Of a DNA stretch of 64,000 nucleotides, positions 9,052 through 17,756 are shown piece by piece. Position numbers and translations under genes: made by a program. The DNA lies in the IMG/VR virus record IMGVR_UViG_3300029258_003221, positions 62,001 to 126,000 of that record, one strand, 5' to 3'. How positions within the stretch are numbered: the first letter of the stretch is position 1; each line of letters begins with the position of its first letter. The notes beneath the pieces are model-generated. The model saw only the letters and a program-made list of their open reading frames with translations. It was not told the DNA's origin and did no database searches.

Positions 9052-10047
9052 TTATTTAGTTGTATCAGGCCATCTTTCAAACATTTTGTCTACTTGAGTT
9101 AATATCATTTCGCTTGTAATTTCTGTCAGACAGGGTTTTGGGTTCTTTTTCGTCTTAGGGCAATTTCCCCAACTGTAACATGGCCCACACGTCCACGTAG
9201 GATCATCATCTCTGTGTCTTTGAACAAGGAAGAAATCATACCACTCCCCATATTTTTTTCCGTCAGCGAAAGTAAAAATTCCTGTAAGCGGCTTGCCCAT
9301 TCCCCCAGAACAGTGAAATGCCGCCGTGTCCACACTGACCACATAATCAGCTTCATGCAACACAGCCATCCATAAACGCAACTGATGTTGAGTTCCCACG
9401 GTAGGAACATTATTTTGCTCAAGAATCTCTATTGGGAAATAATGAAGACCCAAAGCATAGCAGTTTCTCTCATGCAGTCCGTCAATTAGTCCCATCAACT
9501 GATGATCCAGCAGGTTTTTATTAAACATTGCAGAAACCGGGCAAACAACAACGCAAGGCCCTTCTCGATCACGATATTCTTCGATTAATTCTCTCCCTTT
9601 TGCCTTTTCGTCTTCTGTGAGCTTAATGTGCATGTTGTGCCTTGTCAGCTTCATGCCACAGTGTTCAGACCAGATATCACTTCGGTTAGGTGCGGGAAAA
9701 GGAGCAAGTTTCATTTCCATTCTGCCACAAGCAGTGGTTGTATTGTAATGTGCTATATAATTTCTTCGATCAACCTGTGCACAGTCCAGCACTTTATCAA
9801 TAAAAGGGTGATCTTTAACCGCTGGGTGGTACATGGCGGGACAAGCGAAGTGTATTTCACAATCCGGCATTAACAACTTAATGTCCTCAAACATCATTCG
9901 ATGCATAAAAATATCACCAAGGCCACCTACATTTCTTGTGATCAGAATTCTATTTCGCTTTTCATAAAAATCAAATAAGTTTAGTGTTCGTTTGATTTTG
10001 TCTGGCCGACGACGTTCAACACGTTGACTGATTATTTTTCTTGGCAT
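9052..10047 (-). CDS. GT9 (heptosyltransferase-like) glycosyltransferase
   Basis: GGLGDIF, VVSVDTAAFHCSGGMGKP, C-terminal CxPC...C...C. Confidence 0.85.
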   Translation of the reverse strand: MPRKIISQRVERRRPDKIKRTLNLFDFYEKRNRILITRNVGGLGDIFMHRMMFEDIKLLMPDCEIHFACPAMYHPAVKDHPFIDKVLDCAQVDRRNYIAHYNTTTACGRMEMKLAPFPAPNRSDIWSEHCGMKLTRHNMHIKLTEDEKAKGRELIEEYRDREGPCVVVCPVSAMFNKNLLDHQLMGLIDGLHERNCYALGLHYFPIEILEQNNVPTVGTQHQLRLWMAVLHEADYVVSVDTAAFHCSGGMGKPLTGIFTFADGKKYGEWYDFFLVQRHRDDDPTWTCGPCYSWGNCPKTKKNPKPCLTEITSEMILTQVDKMFERWPDTTK

Positions 10048-10067
10048 GCCCTAATAAGAGTGTGTCA

Positions 10068-10109
10068 ATAAAAAAAGCCGCACAAGTTTAACCTTGTACG
10101 GCTTTGTTT
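10068..10109 (-). terminator. intrinsic terminator
   Basis: AAAGCCGCACAAG/CTTGTACGGCTTT stem with a T-tract on the minus strand. Confidence 0.7.
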
Positions 10110-10123
10110 CATTTGAGTTTCTG

Positions 10124-10732
10124 TTAGCTATTGCAGACAGATCGCACGGATGCGATGACAGTTGCGGTTGCTCCAGAACCCTTGAGTCGAATTTGAGTGA
10201 TGCTGAGGTCACCAGAGTTGAACACCTGAGTTTCGCCGTCAGCAAGTGTGAAGACAACATCAGTGTCGCCGTTCAATTCACCTGTTACTGTAGCACCAGA
10301 AGCCTGAATTTGCAGGAACTTAGCTGGGCCACCATGAGTTGTGACGAAGTCAATTGTGTTAGCAGTTGTGTAACCGGCTGCCAAGGTGTAAGAACCACCA
10401 ACAGCAAACGTGTTTTCTTCAGGAATGTCACTGTAGACAGATCCGTCATCAGTTACAGTTTCGATGAATGCGAATTCACGAGCAACCTGTGGGTAAGCGA
10501 ATCGCTTCCAGTAGTTGCAGTCAGTGAATGTAGCACCATCCACCAGAAGGCGGTTGATCTTACCCGGTCCCATAACATAAACCTGACGCTGCTTTGAATA
10601 GTCGCCAGAGTTAGGGTTGTGAGTACCAAACGCTTCACCAAGAGCACCGTATGTGCTGCTTGAATTGGTTGATGGGTCAAGGTCCAACTGTCCCTGATCA
10701 ATGTTGTTGAGATTTACTCTAAATACAGACAT
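10124..10732 (-). CDS. hypothetical beta-rich protein, probably virion-associated
   Basis: GGAG RBS, CATACATA at 10774-10781, own terminator, T/G/A-rich. Confidence 0.6.
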   Translation of the reverse strand: MSVFRVNLNNIDQGQLDLDPSTNSSSTYGALGEAFGTHNPNSGDYSKQRQVYVMGPGKINRLLVDGATFTDCNYWKRFAYPQVAREFAFIETVTDDGSVYSDIPEENTFAVGGSYTLAAGYTTANTIDFVTTHGGPAKFLQIQASGATVTGELNGDTDVVFTLADGETQVFNSGDLSITQIRLKGSGATATVIASVRSVCNS

Positions 10733-10783
10733 AAATTTCTCCAAAATTTTTAGTCGTTAAGGTCCGTCTTTTTTATGTATGCA

Positions 10784-11395
10784 CTAAAGTTTAATTACAT
10801 CAGAGTTTGGGAACATATTGCGGTATAATCGTTCACCAAGTCCTGTAGGTACTAAAGTTGTTTGTATTCCAAGGCTTGCCGCTTCATAAAGTTTAGTGCT
10901 TTCAACTCCCATCACTAAACCTGCATTGTCTATGCTAATATCCACTTCAGGAACATATCCTTTTTCCCTTGCTATTCTTTTGAGGGTTTCAATTTGCTTT
11001 TGCAAAAGTGGTCTAACTGGGTAAACGCTTTCACTGAGAATCACGCATTGTTCTGTGTGATCTTCTTTGTATGGCACAGGGACTGCGTAACTACTGATTT
11101 GACATTCTTTCATTAGTTTTTCTAAGGGATGTTCTTTGCCATCAAATCTAAGTTCTCTAATGTGTGCAAATTCTGTTTTTCTTTTTCTCATTTCAGAAAT
11201 GGGAATAACATTGTCGCAATCTCGTAAATACTCCATGGATTCATCTTTGCAGCCTAAGTAAATGTTTAATCCGGGAAATTTACGTTCCATAAAGGGCCTG
11301 AGTAGTTTCAACTGTATAAGGTGCTCATTTGCGTTGCCAAAATAGCCTATACAGTAATTATTTTTAATGGATGCGTAATGTTCTAAACCAATCAT
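10784..11395 (-). CDS. degenerate GT9-fold-like protein
   Basis: VMGVESTKLYEAASLGIQT resembles the GT9 xSVDTxxxHxA motif. Confidence 0.5.
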   Translation of the reverse strand: MIGLEHYASIKNNYCIGYFGNANEHLIQLKLLRPFMERKFPGLNIYLGCKDESMEYLRDCDNVIPISEMRKRKTEFAHIRELRFDGKEHPLEKLMKECQISSYAVPVPYKEDHTEQCVILSESVYPVRPLLQKQIETLKRIAREKGYVPEVDISIDNAGLVMGVESTKLYEAASLGIQTTLVPTGLGERLYRNMFPNSDVIKL

Positions 11396-11424
11396 AGGCT
11401 AATAGAGAAAGAATAGACTATATT

Positions 11425-11619
11425 ATGACAAGTGAACGGGAAAAAGCAGAGCTTGGAGCAGCGACACTTCAAACTTTTTTAGAGCAATTTGGCAATGATG
11501 CACATGCTCAAATTGTGCTTGAAATTCTGTTCGAGGAGCTAATGAATGAGAAGACTGTATCTATACTTAGCCAGCAGGAGCAAGAAGGGGATCAAGCTGA
11601 TAACGATACTCCAGAGTAA
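11425..11619 (+). CDS. small hypothetical protein
   Basis: ORF directly after ACTATATT; overlaps the next gene. Confidence 0.35.
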   Translation: MTSEREKAELGAATLQTFLEQFGNDAHAQIVLEILFEELMNEKTVSILSQQEQEGDQADNDTPE

Positions 11620-11911
11620 TGAATCTGTTGCCAGATCTTCAATTACAGATTTGAGAACTTTTGATTTACCTCCAGTTTGGCAAAGAGAAATTCAGCAAAT
11701 CATCCATGATAATCGCATGTTATATGAGCCGATTATGGAATCGGCCAATAATTACAATGAACTTCGTGAAAGACTAAAAGTTCGTGGGTATACGAACTTG
11801 CCAATGGGCGCATCCCAAATGATCAATGTGTTGAAATACGGGCGTCCACCCAGTGCCAATGTCAGTAGTGTAAAATCAAGAAAAATAATGCTGCAAAAAA
11901 GAAAGAATTGA
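11546..11911 (+). CDS. basic hypothetical protein
   Basis: GAGGAG RBS; abuts the GT2-GT9 gene. Confidence 0.7.
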   Translation: MRRLYLYLASRSKKGIKLITILQSNESVARSSITDLRTFDLPPVWQREIQQIIHDNRMLYEPIMESANNYNELRERLKVRGYTNLPMGASQMINVLKYGRPPSANVSSVKSRKIMLQKRKN

Positions 11912-13633
11912 ATGGAACAGGTTCTTTATCCAATACCCGGAAAATACAACTTAAATGACCCCGTTGATGTCTCTGTCATCATTCCTTTGTACAACAGCAG
12001 AAATGTCGTTAAAGATCAAATTCTGAGATGGGTCTCAGATTATGATTTGAAAGTTGAGATCATTTATGTTGATGACAAATGCCCCAAGCAATCAAAAAAT
12101 GCTGTCTATGAATCTTGGAACAAGCGACGTGACAAACATCAATATTTAGTCAAACTTGTTTGCTCTCATGTAAACCGAGGCTATGGCGGTGCCAATAATT
12201 TAGGTGCTCATTTTGCTAAAGGCAAGTATTTGATCTTTTTAAATTCAGATACTGTTGTTACGCCAAACTGGATCAAACCTATGATCGATGTTTTGGAAGA
12301 TGAGTCAGTAGGTATTGTAGGTAACTTGCAGCTCAAAGAAGGTGGACAATGGCACGGCACAATTGACAGTGCTGGTTCTGAGTGGTCTTGGGACCATATG
12401 AATTTCATGCACATTGGTCGTCATATTTACTATGGCAAATTGCTCAAGAGACCAATTGACATCAACAAATGTCCTCCAAAAATTCTTCAACTCGAAGAAC
12501 GAGAAATGGTAACTGGTTGTTGCTTTGGAATTAGAAAAGAACTTTATGATTATATTGGAGGATTCAATCTCAATTACCGAGTAGGTTACTGGGAGGACAG
12601 TGAAATCTGTCTAACAGTTCGATCTCTTGGTTACAAGGTTATGTTCCAGCCAAATTCAGTCATCTATCACAAGCTCCACCATTCAGAATCTGGCGGTCAT
12701 GACTTCCATGATTTCAACAAACAATACTTCTTCAACAAATGGGTGGATACCGGCGAGATCGACAAATACGTGGAGGCCAAACGTCAACTCAAACAAACCA
12801 AGGTCTCCAAGATACTTGTTCAAAGAAAAGGAGCTAATGGAGATGTGTTAGTGGCAACATCAATTCTGCCGGGCTTGAGAGAGAAATACCCTGATGCCAA
12901 AATCGATTTTCACACTGTTTGCCCCAAGGTTTTGATAGACAACCCATACATCGATGAAGTCGTATCAAAAACAAAAGCTGATGCGACCTCCTATCACCTG
13001 AGATATAACCTTGATTATGCCTACGAGAGAATGCCTTTGGTTAACATCAGAGAATCTTATGGCATTGAATCAAACATCGAACCACAAGACCCATTCATTG
13101 GTTATTCTGCTGTTGAAGGTTTGCCTGATGATCCTTATGTGGTTATACACGCAGGAAAAACTGCTTGGGTTGGACGTAACTGGAGTGAAGGGGTTGGGTT
13201 CATCCCTTTATCATCTATGATTGAAAAACAACTAGGATACAAAATTGTTTGGGTTGGAGTCGAAGGAGACAATGGCCTTCATGGTCTATATGATTTTCGA
13301 GGGAAGACGACATTTCAACAATTGGCAACAATCATGAAAAATGCTGCTTTGTTTGTTGGAATTGATTCATTCCCATTTCATGTTGCACAAGCTGTGAATA
13401 CACCGGGAGTGACGTTCTTTGGTTCAATCCTTCCCGAAACAAGAATTTACAGAGAGAACATGAATGCAGTTACTGCTGAGAGCTTGAAATGTTTAGGTTG
13501 TCACCACAGAAAAGTAGCACCAGCCACTGTAACAGATGAATGTGAAACAGGAACTTTAGAATGTGAAACTATGGTTACTCTTTCAAAGTTCTACGGAAAG
13601 ATAAAGGAGAAATTATGCAGCCTGAATGTTTAG
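11912..13633 (+). CDS. GT2-GT9 fusion glycosyltransferase
   Basis: VSVIIPLYN, YVDD, FLNSD, YWEDSE (GT2); GANGDVL, FVGIDSFPFHVA (GT9). Confidence 0.9.
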   Translation: MEQVLYPIPGKYNLNDPVDVSVIIPLYNSRNVVKDQILRWVSDYDLKVEIIYVDDKCPKQSKNAVYESWNKRRDKHQYLVKLVCSHVNRGYGGANNLGAHFAKGKYLIFLNSDTVVTPNWIKPMIDVLEDESVGIVGNLQLKEGGQWHGTIDSAGSEWSWDHMNFMHIGRHIYYGKLLKRPIDINKCPPKILQLEEREMVTGCCFGIRKELYDYIGGFNLNYRVGYWEDSEICLTVRSLGYKVMFQPNSVIYHKLHHSESGGHDFHDFNKQYFFNKWVDTGEIDKYVEAKRQLKQTKVSKILVQRKGANGDVLVATSILPGLREKYPDAKIDFHTVCPKVLIDNPYIDEVVSKTKADATSYHLRYNLDYAYERMPLVNIRESYGIESNIEPQDPFIGYSAVEGLPDDPYVVIHAGKTAWVGRNWSEGVGFIPLSSMIEKQLGYKIVWVGVEGDNGLHGLYDFRGKTTFQQLATIMKNAALFVGIDSFPFHVAQAVNTPGVTFFGSILPETRIYRENMNAVTAESLKCLGCHHRKVAPATVTDECETGTLECETMVTLSKFYGKIKEKLCSLNV

Positions 13634-14466
13634 ACAGATTAAGCCATCCAAAGATGGAATATTATAGAGACACCTATCAAGACAGTGAAAGGTGGAATGG
13701 TGATGATTCACTTGATGGTAAAACTGTTATCGTTTATTGCGAACAGGGCTTTGGTGACAATATTCAGTTTGCCCGTTATATCCCAAGGCTAAAAGAAGAA
13801 AATTGCAAAGTAATTTTGCATTGCTCTTCTTTTCTACATCGATTGTTTGAACAGCTTGAAGTAGATCAAATGATTGATCGTGATAACCCACATATTCCCG
13901 ATCACGATTATCACATTCCTTCAATGAGCCTGCCTTTTCATTTTGATAATCCAGAAGTTAATTTCCCTTACATCTCAGTTCCTGATGTCACGGATTTATC
14001 TGATCTGAATTTGCCAGAAGATTGTTTCAAAGTTGGAATCGGATGGGAAGGCAACCCGGAACATTCTAATAATGATGAGCGATGTTGTTGTCTTAGATTT
14101 TTCAAAGAAAAATTCGCTGACTGGCCTCAGATCAAGCCTTTTGTCCTGCAAAAGACAATTCATGACAAAGAATTGATCTATGGTTGTGAAGATATGGAGC
14201 TTTACGGTAGTGAAATTCAAGATTTTTATGATACTGCCAAAATCATAAATGCTATGGATTTGATCATATCTGTAGACACGTCAATTCTTCATTTGGCGGG
14301 AGCTATGAGCAAGAAATCTATTGGTCTTTTGTCGTTTCGATGCGATCCGAGATGGGAAGTCACAGGAATTGATTGGTATCCAAGTGTTATTTTCTACAGA
14401 CAAAAATATGATGGAGATTGGCAATCGGTGTTTGATGCTATTGACCTCAAAATTGCTTTAAATTAG
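13615..14466 (+). CDS. GT9-like glycosyltransferase (domain usually found C-terminal to TPR repeats)
   Basis: EQGFGDNIQFARY, GIGWEGNP, ISVDTSILHLAGA, WYPS..YRQ...GDW. Confidence 0.85.
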   Translation: MQPECLDRLSHPKMEYYRDTYQDSERWNGDDSLDGKTVIVYCEQGFGDNIQFARYIPRLKEENCKVILHCSSFLHRLFEQLEVDQMIDRDNPHIPDHDYHIPSMSLPFHFDNPEVNFPYISVPDVTDLSDLNLPEDCFKVGIGWEGNPEHSNNDERCCCLRFFKEKFADWPQIKPFVLQKTIHDKELIYGCEDMELYGSEIQDFYDTAKIINAMDLIISVDTSILHLAGAMSKKSIGLLSFRCDPRWEVTGIDWYPSVIFYRQKYDGDWQSVFDAIDLKIALN

Positions 14467-14469
14467 AAT
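14441..14469 (+). promoter_or_regulatory. sigma70-type promoter for ALDH
   Basis: TTGACC-17 nt-TAGAAT. Confidence 0.6.
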
Positions 14470-14490
14470 TAAATAAACCTAAGAAAGGAA

Positions 14491-15975
14491 ATGTCCATGT
14501 ATCAAGGTAAACACTTCATTTCAGGACTTTTTAGCCAAGAATCAGCGAATGCATTTGTTCGTGCACAAAATCCAGCGAATAAAGAAGAGTATGGCCTTTT
14601 TCCCAAGGCAGAAAAACATACAGTTGAAAAAGCTGTTAAAGCTGCAAGAGACGCCTTTCCAGAGTGGAGAAAGTTAAGCCGAGTGAAACGTGCCGAACTC
14701 TTTGATACTTTGGCACAATTGGTTAAGAGAGACCACGACATTCTCAAGAGAATGATCTCCGATGAAACTGGTAAGAATCTCAATGAATCTCACGCTGAAG
14801 TTATTGAGGCTTTGCATATGTGCCAAGTAGCTGCGGCGTCGGGTCGCCAGCCATATGGTGAGTGTATCGCATCTGAAATCAGCGAAAAAGACGCTCGTGT
14901 CATTAGAAAGCCTAAAGGGGTTGTTGCTGTCATTTCCCCTTGGAACTTCCCTTTAGCAATTGGGTCATTTTGGTCTTCTGCACCAGCTTTAGTTGAAGGA
15001 AACACTGTTGTTCATAAGCCTTCTGAACTTACCCCAATGATTGCTCAAAAAATGGCAGAACTTTATGATGAAGCAGGTTTTCCTCCGGGTGTGTTCAATC
15101 TTGTGCATGGAGATGGAGAGACTGGCGATCACTTAGTTAGAGCTGATGTAGAAGTCATTCTATTCACGGGAAGTGCAGAAGTAGGTCAATTGATTCGACA
15201 ACATTGTGCAACCACTTGGAATAAAACATGCAGTACAGAATGTGGATCAAAATCTGCTGTTATTGTGTTTGATGATGCAGATCAAGAATTGGCTTTGAAT
15301 GCTTGTCTTGCGAGTGCTTTTAAACTTTCTGGGCAAAGATGTGTATCTGGCAGTAGAATTCTTGTTCAAAGAGGAATTTTGGATACCTTTGCTAAAAAGT
15401 TTGTAGACAAAGTTAGAATAGAAGCAACAACCGGAGCACCAACTGAAAATAATCCTCCGATGTACGGACCATTGATTAGTGCTGAACAAAAAGACAAAGT
15501 TTTGTTTTATAATAAAATGGTTCGAGATGACGAGGATGCTCAGGTTTTGTATGATGGAAATGAAGCTGGCTCACCTGTAGAAGGTCATTTTTTGAGACCA
15601 TTTGTTTTTCAATGTGAATGGGGCGACAAAAGATTTTTCAAAGAAGAAGTATTTGGACCACATGCTGCAATTATCCCATTTGATTCAGTAGATGATGCTA
15701 TTCGTATTTACAATGATACGGATTTTGGTTTGGCATTAGGTATAATCACAAACGATTACAGAATTCACAGGAAATGTGAACAGGAATGTACGACAGGCAT
15801 GCTGTATATTAATGGCTCTTCAATTGGGGCAGAATCTCATTTGCCGTTTTCTTCATGGAAGAAAAGTGGAAATTCAGCAAGTGCTTCAGCAACATGGAAG
15901 GCAGTTACGCACACAACAGCTATTACAACAAATTATGAAAAAGGAATTACCTTTGCTCAAGGAATGACCATGTAG
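14491..15975 (+). CDS. NAD(P)-dependent aldehyde dehydrogenase
   Basis: PWNFP, KPSE, FTGS, catalytic E (TECGSKS), catalytic C (SGQRC), EEVFGP. Confidence 0.95.
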   Translation: MSMYQGKHFISGLFSQESANAFVRAQNPANKEEYGLFPKAEKHTVEKAVKAARDAFPEWRKLSRVKRAELFDTLAQLVKRDHDILKRMISDETGKNLNESHAEVIEALHMCQVAAASGRQPYGECIASEISEKDARVIRKPKGVVAVISPWNFPLAIGSFWSSAPALVEGNTVVHKPSELTPMIAQKMAELYDEAGFPPGVFNLVHGDGETGDHLVRADVEVILFTGSAEVGQLIRQHCATTWNKTCSTECGSKSAVIVFDDADQELALNACLASAFKLSGQRCVSGSRILVQRGILDTFAKKFVDKVRIEATTGAPTENNPPMYGPLISAEQKDKVLFYNKMVRDDEDAQVLYDGNEAGSPVEGHFLRPFVFQCEWGDKRFFKEEVFGPHAAIIPFDSVDDAIRIYNDTDFGLALGIITNDYRIHRKCEQECTTGMLYINGSSIGAESHLPFSSWKKSGNSASASATWKAVTHTTAITTNYEKGITFAQGMTM

Positions 15976-15990
15976 TAACGATAATAAACC

Positions 15991-16378
15991 ATGCCTTACA
16001 AAGACATTGAAAAACGACGTGAATCAGGTCGAAAATCTGCCAAAAAACGTATTACAAAAAATACATCTCTGATCCTAAAAACAGGCAAAAGAAAGCCGAA
16101 TACATTGGCAGAGTATGAATCTGATCCCGCTAAAATAGCAGCAAAATCTATTAGAAGTAAATTAAGTTACCAAAGAAACAAAGAAAAAGTTAGAATTAGA
16201 CAAAAGAATCGTCGTAAAGAACTACTTGATTTCATGCAACGAGTTGCTTTGCATTATGGTTGTCAAAACTGTTGTAGTGTGTAAAAATTGTCACGCAGAT
16301 ATTCATCATGGTGATGTAAAAGTCGATGAATCCATGCTGTGCAATGTATCTGAAAATTTAGAAATTATCAGGGGATGA
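15991..16378 (+). pseudogene. decayed HNH endonuclease (internal deletion plus frameshift)
   Basis: Basic N-terminus ending GCQNC; the +1 frame from 16271 reads VVVCKNCHADIHHG to TGA16378; the central HNH segment is missing. Confidence 0.7.
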
Positions 16379-16379
16379 A

Positions 16380-16616
16380 ATGAGAAATTATTGGCTAGAA
16401 CAAAGACTGAAGACGCATACTTTTTGGGCTGTAATGCCCAAAGATACCATTTCAAAGAATGATATTTGGATAGACACTTCCACTTCTACTTCTGTTTTTT
16501 CGACTACCAGTTGTTATAGCGACAGTTCAACTTATAGCGACAGTTCAACTTATAGCGACAGTTCATACTTCCCGTTTAATTTTGACGCAGAATCTGGGGA
16601 GCTGAAGAAGTCCTAA
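16380..16616 (+). CDS. small hypothetical protein with YSDSST repeats
   Basis: AGGGGA RBS; in-frame 18-bp repeat. Confidence 0.5.
   Translation: MRNYWLEQRLKTHTFWAVMPKDTISKNDIWIDTSTSTSVFSTTSCYSDSSTYSDSSTYSDSSYFPFNFDAESGELKKS
16514..16566 (+). repeat. 18-bp tandem repeat TTATAGCGACAGTTCAAC, about 3 copies
   Basis: Directly visible in the sequence. Confidence 0.9.
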
Positions 16617-16898
16617 ATCAGTTTCAATTGTAAGCATTTTGCCATTAACTGCTGTAATCACGCCACCGCAATCTGCAAACTCTTCAACCAAATCTTCTAT
16701 GAGAGCATCTTCTGAGATTGCTCTTTTTAGAAGTTTGCCACGACTGACTTTTGCACGAGCTTCTTTGCCGCAATATTCATGTGTTCTTTTATCATGTTTG
16801 GCAGTAATGTCAAAAAAGTCAGATAAATCCTGCTCTGACATCCAACCCTTAAACTCGTGAATTGAAAATGATTCTTCCTGATTATCATTTTGTGACAT
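16563..16898 (-). CDS. hypothetical protein
   Basis: AGGAG RBS; operonic with upstream genes. Confidence 0.7.
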   Translation of the reverse strand: MSQNDNQEESFSIHEFKGWMSEQDLSDFFDITAKHDKRTHEYCGKEARAKVSRGKLLKRAISEDALIEDLVEEFADCGGVITAVNGKMLTIETDLGLLQLPRFCVKIKREV

Positions 16899-16901
16899 TG
16901 T

Positions 16902-17756
16902 TTACTCCTGTGTATCCTCAAAGAAACTAATGATCTCAGTTTCTTTTTCTATATATTGAGCATTTGAATATTCTGCGCAACTAGAATGGTCAGCAATCTC
17001 AACATCTTCTCTTTGTTTATACCAAAATAGATTTGCATCTATGATTTTTTGGCTCTTCAATTGTTGTGGATAAGTCCACAATCCATTAGGAAGTTTTTCT
17101 GCTGCTGACCTTTCGTTTTCAAAAGAATCATCACAACAAAATAACATTAGTTTCTTGGTTTTAAATTGTGCAGCAATTCCTATCGCTGCACAAATGGGAT
17201 TTCTGTAGTCATCAATGTGATATTTTGCTGAATAAGGTGAGCCGAAATCTTTTTGTTGAGATGGTTCGTAAAAATAAGCCTGACCATGGTAATTGTCTAA
17301 AAACTCAGGGCAAGTTCTAATAGATGACACGCATACAGGGTAGTATCTTGTTAAGGAAGGGAGATATTTGGTGCATTCACTATAAGGATTGTTGACAATG
17401 TACAAATTAATTGGTTTAGGATCTTCTCCTAAATGCAAATTCCATTTCGCTAAAGCTCCATTTGTAGCAATTACCGCTACGTCTTGAGGGATCTTTCGAA
17501 GCATTTTGCTTTTGTTTTCAAAGTCATATCCATCAGAAACAATAATGATTTTGTTGAACCAAATCTCTTCTTCATCTATGTTTTGAAGATTTCTTGATCT
17601 ATTAGAAATTTCATTTTTAAGAAGCTTTTGGTATTCTTTTTCGCTGAACATTTTGTTGATGTCAATATGTGGAACACCCTTGTTGTTGAAGTTACGCACC
17701 CAAATTCCATCAGCGTTGATATACTCGTTTCTGTCTTTGCTTTTCTTAATTCTCAT
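16902..17756 (-). CDS. DUF115/Maf/MptE-like Rossmann-fold protein (putative sugar transferase)
   Basis: IIIVSDGYDF, IATNGAL, AAIGIAAQFKTKKLMLFCCD pattern. Confidence 0.55.
   Translation of the reverse strand: MRIKKSKDRNEYINADGIWVRNFNNKGVPHIDINKMFSEKEYQKLLKNEISNRSRNLQNIDEEEIWFNKIIIVSDGYDFENKSKMLRKIPQDVAVIATNGALAKWNLHLGEDPKPINLYIVNNPYSECTKYLPSLTRYYPVCVSSIRTCPEFLDNYHGQAYFYEPSQQKDFGSPYSAKYHIDDYRNPICAAIGIAAQFKTKKLMLFCCDDSFENERSAAEKLPNGLWTYPQQLKSQKIIDANLFWYKQREDVEIADHSSCAEYSNAQYIEKETEIISFFEDTQE

Noticed and set aside
16514-16566. Mini CRISPR array
   Set aside because: Contiguous 18-bp units with no spacers, in frame within an ORF
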